Under the pieces are notes generated by a model. It searched no databases. It was not told where the DNA came from and saw only the letters and a list, made by a program, of their open reading frames with translations. A program made the translations under genes and the position numbers. 64,000 nucleotides of DNA, taken from assembly GCA_024233785.1 (NCBI GenBank), contig JACKPD010000011.1:5002-69001 (forward strand), in the 5' to 3' direction. Origin of the DNA: Spirochaetales bacterium (GTDB lineage: Bacteria; Spirochaetota; Spirochaetia; CADAEX01). Within the stretch, counting starts at the first letter, position 1, and each line of letters opens with the position of its first letter. This document shows, piece by piece, positions 8,577-17,568 of this stretch.

Positions 8577-10946
8577 ATGAGCGATTATTTAGATCCTGCA
8601 AATGAAGAATTGTTAAAAGATTTTTTTCTTGAAGCTAATGCCCAGTTAGAAAATCTTGAAAAAAATATTTTAGTAATTGAAAATGATCCCGGAAACAAGG
8701 AAGCCATAGATGAAATATTCAGGGCTGCACACACACTTAAAGGAAATTCAGGTGCAGTTGAAATGTTTGAGATATCTGAATTTACTCATATTCTGGAAGA
8801 TCTTCTGGATGATATAAGAGCCGAAAAAATAAATGTTGACAGTGATGTTGTTGATATACTTCTCGAATCTCTGGATATTGTCAAAGCAATGATTGAAGCA
8901 CGGACGCAGGGTGATGTTTATGGTTCAGACTGTGCGGAAATAAAGGAAATCCTTAAATCATTAATTTCAGGCTCTGACAAACAAAATTTAAAAGATAAAA
9001 AACAAAAAACCAGCCCGGTGAAAAAAGCTGATATTCAATCGAAAACGGCTGCGCCGACAGTAAAGGATTCAAAAAAACTTACAGAATATGAATTACTTGA
9101 GCTTTTTAATGAATCAGGTAAAGATGAAAAAATATATGATGTCGAAGTCTTCTATAATGAAGATAATCCAATGAATTCCATAGGCGGAATTCAGGTTTTT
9201 GCGAAACTTAAAAATTTATCCAAAGTATTGTTAACAAAACCTGATTTTGACATGTTATATGAAGATAATTATTATCCTGTAGTTGATTTTTTTATTACTA
9301 CAAACAGGGATCCAGGTGAAATCAAGAAAATAATTACTATTGCTGATGTCACAACTGAAATAAATATTGCTGAAATACAAAAAAATGATAATTTTCAAAA
9401 TTTAAAAACAGAAAATGAAAAGATTATTGATTCTGTTACTGAAGATAAAAAAACTTCTATTGTTCCTCCTGAGAGCAGGAAAGAGATGGAAAAATCCGAT
9501 GAGACAGATAACACCGATGATGCCGGCGATAAAACAAAACTTCAGAAATTAAAAAAACCGACAAGCACCGATTCTACGGTATTAAAAGTAGATTCAAGGC
9601 GTATCGATAATCTCCTAAATCTTGTCAGTGAAACAGTAATCAATAAAGCAACTTTTAATCAGATAAGTTCCCAGTTTTTAGGCATTCTTGATGAATTGCA
9701 CACAAAACAGCAGAAAATGAATGACACTATAAATGATATATATGATGGAGTTGAAAAATATCTAAAAGATGGTGTAAAAATTAAAGCTGTTAAAAAAGAA
9801 TTATCCCCGGATTATGAAATAGCAAAAACCGCTTTAAACAATATTGAATCAACTCTTAAAAATGCAATTACGAAACTTGTAAATACCTCCCAGAATTTTG
9901 GAAGAATCACTAATGAACTTCACGAAGGAGTTCTTCAGATAAGAATGGTTCCCATTTCACAGATTTTTTCCAGATTTCCCAGACTTGTACGGGATGTATC
10001 AAAAAAACTGGATAAGAAAATACAGCTGGTAATAGAAGGAGAAGATACAGAGCTTGACAAATCTGTAATTGAGCAGCTGCTTGATCCGCTGATTCACTGT
10101 GTAAGAAATTCTATGGACCACGGTATCGAATTACCGGAAAAAAGAATCGAAAATAAAAAAAATGAAGAAGGAACTATTGTTCTAAAAGCAAAAAACGAAG
10201 GCAATATGATCCTGATAGAAATATCGGATGATGGAAAAGGTATAGATTTAGACGTAATACGGGATAAGGCCGTCAATAAGGGTATTATTCACCCGGGAAA
10301 AGCCCTTACAGAAATAGAAGCATTTAACCTGATCTTTGAACCTGGATTTTCTACTGCCGCTGAAGTAACTAACATATCAGGCAGAGGAGTCGGACTTGAT
10401 GTTGTAAAGAAACAGATTGAAAAACTGAATGGATCTGTCACAGTATGGTCACGTAAAGGGGTAGGAACAACCTTGTCTATCAGATTGCCTTTGACTCTGG
10501 CTATTATTCAGGGGCTTCTTATAAAGGTTGGGAAAGAGATATATGCCATACCAATAACTTCAGTCATTGAAAGCCAGAGAATATTTTCTGATGATATAAA
10601 ATTCCTTGATAATCATGAAGTGTTTGATGTAAGGGATGATGTAGTTTCCCTTGTCCGTCTAAACAGATTATTTGGAATACCGGCTAATGAGAACGGAGAC
10701 ACCCATTATATAGTAGTGGTAGGAAGCAGTGATAAAAAGATAGGATTGATGGTTGATCAGCTGATCGGTGAAGAGGATGTGGTAATAAAGCCATTGAAAG
10801 ATAAATATACAAATGTTCCGGGGATAGCAGGGGCGACCATTCTTGGAGACGGACAGGTTTCTCTGATTCTTGATATTAATCAGATACTTGAACTTTGCTT
10901 TAAAAAAGAACGGACAGCCCGTGAGAGAAGAAATTATATAAATTGA
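8577..10946 (+). CDS. cheA: chemotaxis histidine kinase CheA
   Basis: The Hpt motif HTLKGNSG, dimerisation and HATPase blocks (DHGIE, DDGKGID, GRGVGLDVV) and a C-terminal CheW-like domain are all present. Confidence 0.95.
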   Translation: MSDYLDPANEELLKDFFLEANAQLENLEKNILVIENDPGNKEAIDEIFRAAHTLKGNSGAVEMFEISEFTHILEDLLDDIRAEKINVDSDVVDILLESLDIVKAMIEARTQGDVYGSDCAEIKEILKSLISGSDKQNLKDKKQKTSPVKKADIQSKTAAPTVKDSKKLTEYELLELFNESGKDEKIYDVEVFYNEDNPMNSIGGIQVFAKLKNLSKVLLTKPDFDMLYEDNYYPVVDFFITTNRDPGEIKKIITIADVTTEINIAEIQKNDNFQNLKTENEKIIDSVTEDKKTSIVPPESRKEMEKSDETDNTDDAGDKTKLQKLKKPTSTDSTVLKVDSRRIDNLLNLVSETVINKATFNQISSQFLGILDELHTKQQKMNDTINDIYDGVEKYLKDGVKIKAVKKELSPDYEIAKTALNNIESTLKNAITKLVNTSQNFGRITNELHEGVLQIRMVPISQIFSRFPRLVRDVSKKLDKKIQLVIEGEDTELDKSVIEQLLDPLIHCVRNSMDHGIELPEKRIENKKNEEGTIVLKAKNEGNMILIEISDDGKGIDLDVIRDKAVNKGIIHPGKALTEIEAFNLIFEPGFSTAAEVTNISGRGVGLDVVKKQIEKLNGSVTVWSRKGVGTTLSIRLPLTLAIIQGLLIKVGKEIYAIPITSVIESQRIFSDDIKFLDNHEVFDVRDDVVSLVRLNRLFGIPANENGDTHYIVVVGSSDKKIGLMVDQLIGEEDVVIKPLKDKYTNVPGIAGATILGDGQVSLILDINQILELCFKKERTARERRNYIN

Positions 10947-10974
10947 CTTTGAATGTTTTAAATAAGGAATAACA

Positions 10975-12306
10975 ATGAATACCGATATATGGGAACTAAA
11001 AGAAGAATATAATAAAGCAGAGGCAGTAGATAATATTGATTATAAAATGGTTTCTTTCTCACTTGGCGGTAAAGATTACGGAATCGATATAATGAAGGTT
11101 AAAGAAATTCAGAAAGTCAATAAATTTACATTTGTTCCCAACTCAGAACCGTATGTAAGAGGAGTATTTAACCTTCGAGGCGATATTATATCAATTATAG
11201 ATCTTAGAATTATGTTCAGCGTTTCTTATGATGAAAATTATAATGACCTTGAAGATGTTATAGTATTAACAGTTGACGATAAAAAAATTGGAGTAATTGT
11301 AGACTCCATAAATAAAGTAATCGGGATACAGTCATCTACAATACAGACTCCTCATCCTATTTTCAGCAATATCAATATCAAATATATAAACGGTATAGTC
11401 GAGAAAGATTCCAAAATATATATTATCCTTGACATTGAAAGAATTTTCGGTCAGGAAAATGATATAGAACAGGAACCGGTTTCTGACGAAAAAATAATTG
11501 ATTCCGGTTCTATTCCTGAAAAAACTGTTTACCGGACCGCGGATGTAAAAACGGAAACTGATGTTAACAAGGATTTTATAAAGGAAACTCTTAAAACCTT
11601 TATAAACTTCCATGTTACTGATATAAATGAGGCCTGGTTTTTCAGAAGGTATGATGAATGGCTGAAAAAAAGAAGGGAATCAGAAGAAAATGTACAATTG
11701 TCAGGTGTAGAAGATGCTGAAAAATTTCTGCAGACTTTCTATTCAGGAAATACAGGCAGATTTTTTGACCAGGCGTCAGCACAGGCATTAATGAAAATAA
11801 TTCCCGAAAATATTAAAGGTAATTATTATATCTGGAATATCGGCTGCGGAAACGGGTATGAAACATATTCAGTTGCAGCGGTCGCAAGAAAACAGAATCC
11901 TGATGCTGCCATTAAAATATGGGCTAATGATAAAGATCTTTTAAGTATTTCAAATGCGCCTAATATAACTGTAGACAGGAATTCTGTACCCGGATATCTG
12001 AATGATTTTATCTCTGAAGGAACAAAAGGAGGAGTAATATCACAAAAGTTAAGAGATATTATTTATTTCGAATATCATGATGTCAAAAATCATAATCCTT
12101 ATCCTGATGTAGACATGATTATTTGCAGGGACGTTCTGTCTTTTTTCGATTATAATGAACAATTCAGAATTTTAAGTGAATTGTTTGAAAAATTAAAGAA
12201 TAACGGTATACTTATCACCGGCGATAATGAAAATATTGTCCTCGAAGGATTAGACAAATATGAGGAACAGGGTATTGTTTTTTACCGTAAAAATGCAGGT
12301 ATTTAA
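10975..12306 (+). CDS. cheW: CheW domain fused to a CheR-like SAM-methyltransferase-fold domain (spirochaete-type coupling protein)
   Basis: The N-terminal CheW domain reads FSLGGKDYGIDIMKVKEI...VRGVFNLRGDIISIIDL. The C-terminal half has IWNIGCGNGYETYS and ICRDVLSFF blocks, as in CheR. Confidence 0.85.
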   Translation: MNTDIWELKEEYNKAEAVDNIDYKMVSFSLGGKDYGIDIMKVKEIQKVNKFTFVPNSEPYVRGVFNLRGDIISIIDLRIMFSVSYDENYNDLEDVIVLTVDDKKIGVIVDSINKVIGIQSSTIQTPHPIFSNINIKYINGIVEKDSKIYIILDIERIFGQENDIEQEPVSDEKIIDSGSIPEKTVYRTADVKTETDVNKDFIKETLKTFINFHVTDINEAWFFRRYDEWLKKRRESEENVQLSGVEDAEKFLQTFYSGNTGRFFDQASAQALMKIIPENIKGNYYIWNIGCGNGYETYSVAAVARKQNPDAAIKIWANDKDLLSISNAPNITVDRNSVPGYLNDFISEGTKGGVISQKLRDIIYFEYHDVKNHNPYPDVDMIICRDVLSFFDYNEQFRILSELFEKLKNNGILITGDNENIVLEGLDKYEEQGIVFYRKNAGI

Positions 12307-12321
12307 TTGTAAGGAGAAATT

Positions 12322-12786
12322 ATGAGAGTAGAGTATATTAACCCTTTTGTAGAAGCCGCTTTCAATGTGCTTAAGGAAGTTCTTAATACTGAAATTAAAC
12401 GTGGAGAACTTTATCTGAAATCGACTTCACAGCCTGTCCTTGGAGTCGCGACAATAATTGGTCTTGCGGGAGATGTAGAAGGAAGGGTCCTTCTTGACAT
12501 GAGTCATGAAACTGCCCTGAAAATTGCATCTGAAATGAATATGGAAGAACTTACGGAATTGGATGAACTTGGAAAAGCTACCATAACGGAGCTTGCCAAC
12601 ATGATAACCGGGCAGGCAGTAACAAAGCTGCACGAAATTGGTTTCAGGTTCGATCTTACCCCTCCATCAATAGTCACCGGTAGAGATATGGTTATCTCCG
12701 ACAGCGGTGTTGAAGCGCTGATAGTACCAATTGAGCTTACACAAGGTAAGATTGAAATAAATGTCGCAGTCAAAGAAAAAGCTTAG
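12322..12786 (+). CDS. cheX: CheY-P phosphatase CheX
   Basis: The protein is ~150 aa with a YINPFVEAAFNVL start typical of the CheX/CheC family. Its position between cheW and cheY matches the spirochaete operon. Confidence 0.8.
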   Translation: MRVEYINPFVEAAFNVLKEVLNTEIKRGELYLKSTSQPVLGVATIIGLAGDVEGRVLLDMSHETALKIASEMNMEELTELDELGKATITELANMITGQAVTKLHEIGFRFDLTPPSIVTGRDMVISDSGVEALIVPIELTQGKIEINVAVKEKA

Positions 12787-12798
12787 AGGAGTTTGTAT

Positions 12799-13239
12799 AT
12801 GAGAGCAAAAATGGATTATCCTAATATCAATACAAAGAAACCTGACGGTATGAAACCTGACGGATCAGCTTACAGGGTACTAATAGTTGATGACTCAATG
12901 TTTGTAGCAAAGCAGATTTCACAGATACTTACATCCGAAGGATTTGAAATTATCGGAACTGCTAAAGACGGGCTTGAAGGACTTGAAAAATATAAAGAAC
13001 TTCATCCCAATGTAGACCTTGTAACCATGGACATAACAATGCCGAATATGGATGGTGTTACCTGTCTTCAGAAAATTATTGAATTTGATCCAGAAGCAGT
13101 TATTATTATGATAAGCGCACTTGGCAAGCAGGAACTTGTAAAACAGTCTTTACTTTCAGGCGCAAAAAATTATATAGTAAAACCTCTGGACAGAATAAAG
13201 GTACTGGAACGTATTACTTCTGTTCTAAAAGGTACATGA
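12799..13239 (+). CDS. cheY: chemotaxis response regulator CheY
   Basis: The receiver domain has VLIVDDS, DLVTMDITMP and IVKP. I chose the ATG at 12799 (AGAGGAG RBS 7 nt upstream) over the TTG at 12793. Confidence 0.9.
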   Translation: MRAKMDYPNINTKKPDGMKPDGSAYRVLIVDDSMFVAKQISQILTSEGFEIIGTAKDGLEGLEKYKELHPNVDLVTMDITMPNMDGVTCLQKIIEFDPEAVIIMISALGKQELVKQSLLSGAKNYIVKPLDRIKVLERITSVLKGT

Positions 13240-13243
13240 AACA

Positions 13244-13317
13244 GGGCGGCTAGCTCAGTTGGTTAGAGTACTTGCTCGACACGCAAGGGGTCGGCAGTTC
13301 GAATCTGCCGTCGCCCA
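13244..13317 (+). tRNA. tRNA-Val (anticodon GAC)
   Basis: A hand-folded cloverleaf gives acceptor GGGCGGC/GTCGCCC, D arm GCTC/GAGT, anticodon stem CTTGC/GCAAG with loop TCGACAC, and T arm GGCAG-TTCGAAT-CTGCC. It starts 4 nt after the cheY stop. Confidence 0.85.
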
Positions 13318-13345
13318 TATGTAACTGTTTATCATGTAAAGATTT

Positions 13346-13382
13346 AATGCTTTGGGTTTAAACGCTCGAAGCATTTTTTTTG
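13346..13382 (+). terminator. rho-independent terminator after tRNA-Val
   Basis: The stem AATGCTTTGGG/CTCGAAGCATT (with wobbles) is followed by T8. Confidence 0.6.
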
Positions 13383-13557
13383 CTCATTTTGGTTTCTATG
13401 TGTAGAAAGATATATTATTATTATATTTATTGGATTTAAAACTTTTTTTAATTATAATGTTTTTTTTATAATAAAAAGCATTTAAAAACATAGTAATTTT
13501 TTTAGATATTTTAAAATAACAAATTAAATTTATGGTTATATAAAATCTATAATTAAA

Positions 13558-13965
13558 TCAGCCGCTGATATTACATAGATTAGTTTCAGCATCTTTCATC
13601 CAGCTGTATGCGTTTTCAGTATTTGTAAAAATCCTTACAAAGTGATTCGATTTCTTATCTGAAATAGTTTCAAAAACACTTAATATTGTTTTATCTGTGA
13701 GCGGATTCACGATTACACCGCAGAGCGAACCTTTGAGTTTTTCCATGTTTTTTTCAGCAATTTTACATATTCTATCAACACTTGAAACAGGGAAGCAGTA
13801 CATGTTTACTTCGCTGTAGTCATACAACAGGCCGGTTCCGGCCTTCCACCTGCTGTCAGAGAGGATTTCATCAAGTATAATTTCTATTTTTCCAGGATCA
13901 ATGCCCCCGCTGATTTTTACAGAGAAAAAAAGCGGTAAATTAGAGTCTGATATTGTATATCTCAT
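13558..13965 (-). CDS. hypothetical protein (135 aa)
   Basis: A clean ORF flanked by very AT-rich intergenic DNA. I do not confidently recognise any motif. Confidence 0.55.
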   Translation of the reverse strand: MRYTISDSNLPLFFSVKISGGIDPGKIEIILDEILSDSRWKAGTGLLYDYSEVNMYCFPVSSVDRICKIAEKNMEKLKGSLCGVIVNPLTDKTILSVFETISDKKSNHFVRIFTNTENAYSWMKDAETNLCNISG

Positions 13966-14162
13966 TAAAGTCTCCCAGGACCGTGTATTTAGTAGACATT
14001 TTAATAATTTTTCTGTTTAATAATATGACTTTTTAATAATTGAAAGATAAGACTATTTTGATTTGTAATTTTTAATAATTAACAATATTAGCATATCTGA
14101 ATAAAAAATCAAGTCAAATATATAACACCCTACAGGAATATTTAGCAGAGGATTAACACCGG

Positions 14163-15128
14163 ATGATTAAAATATTATATTCATTATTTATTGTATTCTC
14201 CGGGCTGACAACAGGCTATTTACTGCAATTTTCTTCGTTGTTTCCATACGGGTCAATAAATAATGGCAAGGTTAGAAAAATACTGCAGAGGCTGGTTATT
14301 ATTTTTCTTAACCCTGTTGCTTTTATCGGATCAATCTGGATTCTTGATTTAAGGAAACATCAGCTTTTATTTATGCCTCTATCAGGATTATTGGCGCTGA
14401 CTTCCGGCGGTATCTTTGCTTTGATCACAGCAAATTACATGAAGATGAGCAGAAAAGAAAGCGGAGCATTTGTCGCCTGCGGTTCTTTTACAAATATCGG
14501 GAACATCGGAGCCCTTGTCTGTTATTCTTTTCTTGGAGAAAAAGGATTCGCGCTTGTCCCGTTTTATAAACTTTTTGAGGACTTATTTTATTATCTGATC
14601 GGATTCCCTTTTTTACGGACATTCGGTATCAGAAAAGATAATAATCATAATTATAGAAAATTAGGCGTCAAATTCGATCCCATGTTATCTGCTGTAATAA
14701 TCAGTATTCTGACTGGGTTTATTTTGAATCTGTCAGGAATAAAACGCCCTGATTTTTTTAAACCCTTAAATGCGGTAATAATTCCGCTTTCCTCATTCAC
14801 AATGCTTCTTACAATCGGTATGGCTTTGAAATTCGGTAAAATGAGAGAACTCGCATTTAAAGCCTCAGCAGTACTGCCGGTAAAATATCTTGCTGTCCCT
14901 TTTATTACTTTTTTATTTGCAAAATACACAGGGCTCGGTGAGATTGACAGCGGATTGCCGTTAAAGGTGGTATTGATCCTTTCATCAATGCCTGTTGCTA
15001 TACTTGCAATGATTCCGTGCACGCTTTATGATCTGGACCTCGACCTCGCAAATACATGCTGGTTTTTTTCAATGCTTTTAATGGTTCTAACTGTTCCTGT
15101 TTTGAAAATATTTATAACTTTAATATAA
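14163..15128 (+). CDS. polytopic membrane transporter, AEC (auxin-efflux-carrier)-like
   Basis: There are about 9-10 predicted TM helices, and the length and N-terminal pattern resemble the Mem_trans/AEC family. The assignment is tentative. Confidence 0.45.
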   Translation: MIKILYSLFIVFSGLTTGYLLQFSSLFPYGSINNGKVRKILQRLVIIFLNPVAFIGSIWILDLRKHQLLFMPLSGLLALTSGGIFALITANYMKMSRKESGAFVACGSFTNIGNIGALVCYSFLGEKGFALVPFYKLFEDLFYYLIGFPFLRTFGIRKDNNHNYRKLGVKFDPMLSAVIISILTGFILNLSGIKRPDFFKPLNAVIIPLSSFTMLLTIGMALKFGKMRELAFKASAVLPVKYLAVPFITFLFAKYTGLGEIDSGLPLKVVLILSSMPVAILAMIPCTLYDLDLDLANTCWFFSMLLMVLTVPVLKIFITLI

Positions 15129-15151
15129 GTCATAATTTAATTAAAAAAATG

Positions 15152-16339
15152 TCAGAATATTATTCCATAAGCCATTCCGGTAAAAGCTGATAAAATTATA
15201 ACAAGGCTTACATAAACAATAGTCTTTTTTAAGCCCAGTTCACTGTGAATTACAAGCATTGAAGGAAGGGAAAGTGAAGGGCCTGAGAGCAGCAGTGCAA
15301 GAGCCGGACCTTTACCCATACCTGCTCCTATAAGCCCCTGCATAATCGGAACTTCTGTGAGAGTTGCAAAATACATGAAAGCTCCTGAAATTGAAGCTGT
15401 TAAATTTGATATTATTGAATTACCTCCTAAAAGTCCGGCTACCCATTCTGTCGGAATAAAAGCCCTGTGGCCGGGTCTTCCCAATAGAAAGCCTGCAACC
15501 AGAACTCCTGAAAAAAGGAGAGGAATTATCTGAATTGAAAAATCCCTGGTTGAAATTACCCATTCTTTAATTTCATCCTTTGAAAACCATTTGATTAGCA
15601 TAATAATGAGTGCTGTAAAGAAAATACCAGTAATTAAATACTTGTTATTATAAATAAAGTCCCACAGAGGAAATGTCCCTCTGGACTGGGCCCAATTAAG
15701 AAAAACAAGAATCCCTACCATAGAAAAAAGATAGAGTATATTCATTCCGAGAGTTCTGCCGTTGTCATCACTTATTGTCTGACTGAACATGCGTTCATCT
15801 GTCACTCTTTTTTCATCATCCTTCCTGAAGAATAAGTGCATAAGAAAACCGATAAGGAAAGCAAATGAAACAGCGCCGACTGCCCTGGCAAGACCGATCT
15901 GCCAGCCTAAAACCTTTCCTGTAAGGATTATCGCCAGTATGTTGATAGCAGGACCTGAGTATAGAAAAGAGACCGCAGGGCCGATTCCGGCGCCTTTTTT
16001 ATATATTCCCTTAAACAAAGGGAGAACTGTACATGAACAGACAGCAAGAACTGCGCCAGAAACAGAGGCAACAGAATATGCGGTAAATTTATTAGCCTTC
16101 GGCCCGAGGTATTTTATAACTGCCTGCTGGTTTAAAAAAACCATTATTGCTCCTGCAATGAAAAAAGCAGGGACAAGACATAACAGGACATGTTCTCTGG
16201 CATATTCCTGAAGCATAAAAAAAGCTTCGCTTATACCGGATTGAACTGCAGTATTTGAAAACGGGATAAAGTAAGACGCAATAAAAACAGATAAAAGAAT
16301 AAGCAATCTGCTGTTCTGAGTCAGCGCTTTTTTAGCCAT
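15152..16339 (-). CDS. permease of the ArsP_1/DUF318 family
   Basis: Polytopic membrane protein with the CSC-containing block VLAVCSCTVLPLFKG typical of this family. It is co-transcribed with the small thioredoxin-like protein usually paired with it. Confidence 0.7.
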   Translation of the reverse strand: MAKKALTQNSRLLILLSVFIASYFIPFSNTAVQSGISEAFFMLQEYAREHVLLCLVPAFFIAGAIMVFLNQQAVIKYLGPKANKFTAYSVASVSGAVLAVCSCTVLPLFKGIYKKGAGIGPAVSFLYSGPAINILAIILTGKVLGWQIGLARAVGAVSFAFLIGFLMHLFFRKDDEKRVTDERMFSQTISDDNGRTLGMNILYLFSMVGILVFLNWAQSRGTFPLWDFIYNNKYLITGIFFTALIIMLIKWFSKDEIKEWVISTRDFSIQIIPLLFSGVLVAGFLLGRPGHRAFIPTEWVAGLLGGNSIISNLTASISGAFMYFATLTEVPIMQGLIGAGMGKGPALALLLSGPSLSLPSMLVIHSELGLKKTIVYVSLVIILSAFTGMAYGIIF

Positions 16340-16351
16340 TTTTAATACCCT

Positions 16352-16594
16352 TTAATTGTTGTAATTATTTAAAATATCAATTATCTGATTTTTGGTTAGA
16401 ATTTTCCCTGAACTTTTAACATCTCCGTCTATGGCAAGAGCCGGTGTCATCAGAACTCCGAATTCCATTATTTCGTTTATGTCTGATACTTTGACAATTT
16501 CTGCATCAAGATCTGTTTCGGCAAGGGCCTCTTTGGCATTGGATTCAAGTGTTCTGCATTTGGGACAGCCTGTACCAAGAATTTGGATTTTCAT
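16352..16594 (-). CDS. thioredoxin-fold protein (redox-active disulfide protein 2, TM0996/MTH895 type)
   Basis: The protein is 80 aa with MKIQILGTGCPKC (CxxC) and a TPALAIDG block. Confidence 0.8.
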   Translation of the reverse strand: MKIQILGTGCPKCRTLESNAKEALAETDLDAEIVKVSDINEIMEFGVLMTPALAIDGDVKSSGKILTKNQIIDILNNYNN

Positions 16595-16672
16595 ATTTTC
16601 TCCTTATGTTTATAAATTATATTATGTTCAAATTGCTAATCCATCTTTGTATAGATTTAAACAGTTAAGCTA

Positions 16673-16692
16673 ATATGGCAATATAGCCATAT
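16673..16692. promoter_or_regulatory. palindrome ATATGGC-N6-GCCATAT in the divergent ars promoter region (candidate ArsR operator)
   Basis: A perfect 7-bp inverted repeat lies between the divergent thioredoxin-like/permease and arsR-arsC units. Confidence 0.35.
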
Positions 16693-16763
16693 ATGAGGTG
16701 ATTTGTCAATATATCAGGTTGCTAATCATTTAATATAAATGTAAAATATATCAGGGTGTAATA

Positions 16764-17096
16764 ATGACAGAAGATGAAAAATATAAAAGCGAGGGGCGGG
16801 CAGCTATTCTTAAGGCCATTTCCCATCCCTCAAGGATATTCATTGTAGATAAGCTTAATGAAAAACCTTACTGTGTATGTGAACTTGCGGAAATGATAGG
16901 TATTGACCAGTCAACCACTTCAAAACATCTTTCCATCTTAAAAAATGCAGGAATAATTGATGATACAAAAAAAGGGACAACTGTATATTATTCGCTTAGA
17001 TGCAAATGTCTGCTGGATTTTATAGGATGTATTGAGAATGTAATTAGGATGAATATTGACCGGAATAAAAAGTATATGGGAGTTGGAAATAATTGA
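16764..17096 (+). CDS. arsR: ArsR/SmtB-family metalloregulator
   Basis: HPSRIFIVDKL...YCVCELAE...STTSKHLSILKNAGII: a winged HTH with the CVC As(III)-binding site. Confidence 0.85.
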   Translation: MTEDEKYKSEGRAAILKAISHPSRIFIVDKLNEKPYCVCELAEMIGIDQSTTSKHLSILKNAGIIDDTKKGTTVYYSLRCKCLLDFIGCIENVIRMNIDRNKKYMGVGNN

Positions 17097-17527
17097 AAGA
17101 AAAACCAAAAATACTGTTCCTGTGCACAGGAAATTCCTGCAGAAGCCAGATGGCCGAAGGTTGGGCCAGATACCTTATTCCGGATATCGCGGAAACCTGG
17201 TCTGCAGGAATTGAAAAACATGGATTAAATATGAACGCGGTAAAGGTTATGAAAGAAGCCGGAGTAGATATATCCTCTCATAAAAGTAAAATTACATCAG
17301 AACTTCCTTACCAGAATTTCGACTATGTTATTACAGTCTGTGATCATGCAGGAGAAAACTGTCCATTTTTCCCGGCAAAAACAAAAATTATACATCACAG
17401 TTTTGATGACCCGCCCCGTCTTGCAAAAAATGCCGTAAATGAAGAGGATGTTCTTAAAATTTACAGACGGGTAAGAGATGAAATCAGGGATTATGTTTTA
17501 ACACTTAAAGAGGTAATATCCGGCTGA
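17093..17527 (+). CDS. arsC: arsenate reductase, LMW-PTPase (thioredoxin-coupled) type
   Basis: ILFLCTGNSCRSQMAEGW is the CX5R P-loop, and the downstream Cys pair region is VCDHAGENCPFFP. Confidence 0.85.
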   Translation: MKEKPKILFLCTGNSCRSQMAEGWARYLIPDIAETWSAGIEKHGLNMNAVKVMKEAGVDISSHKSKITSELPYQNFDYVITVCDHAGENCPFFPAKTKIIHHSFDDPPRLAKNAVNEEDVLKIYRRVRDEIRDYVLTLKEVISG

Positions 17528-17568
17528 TGGTGAAAATACTTTTTCTGAAAAGCTGATTAGAATTATTT

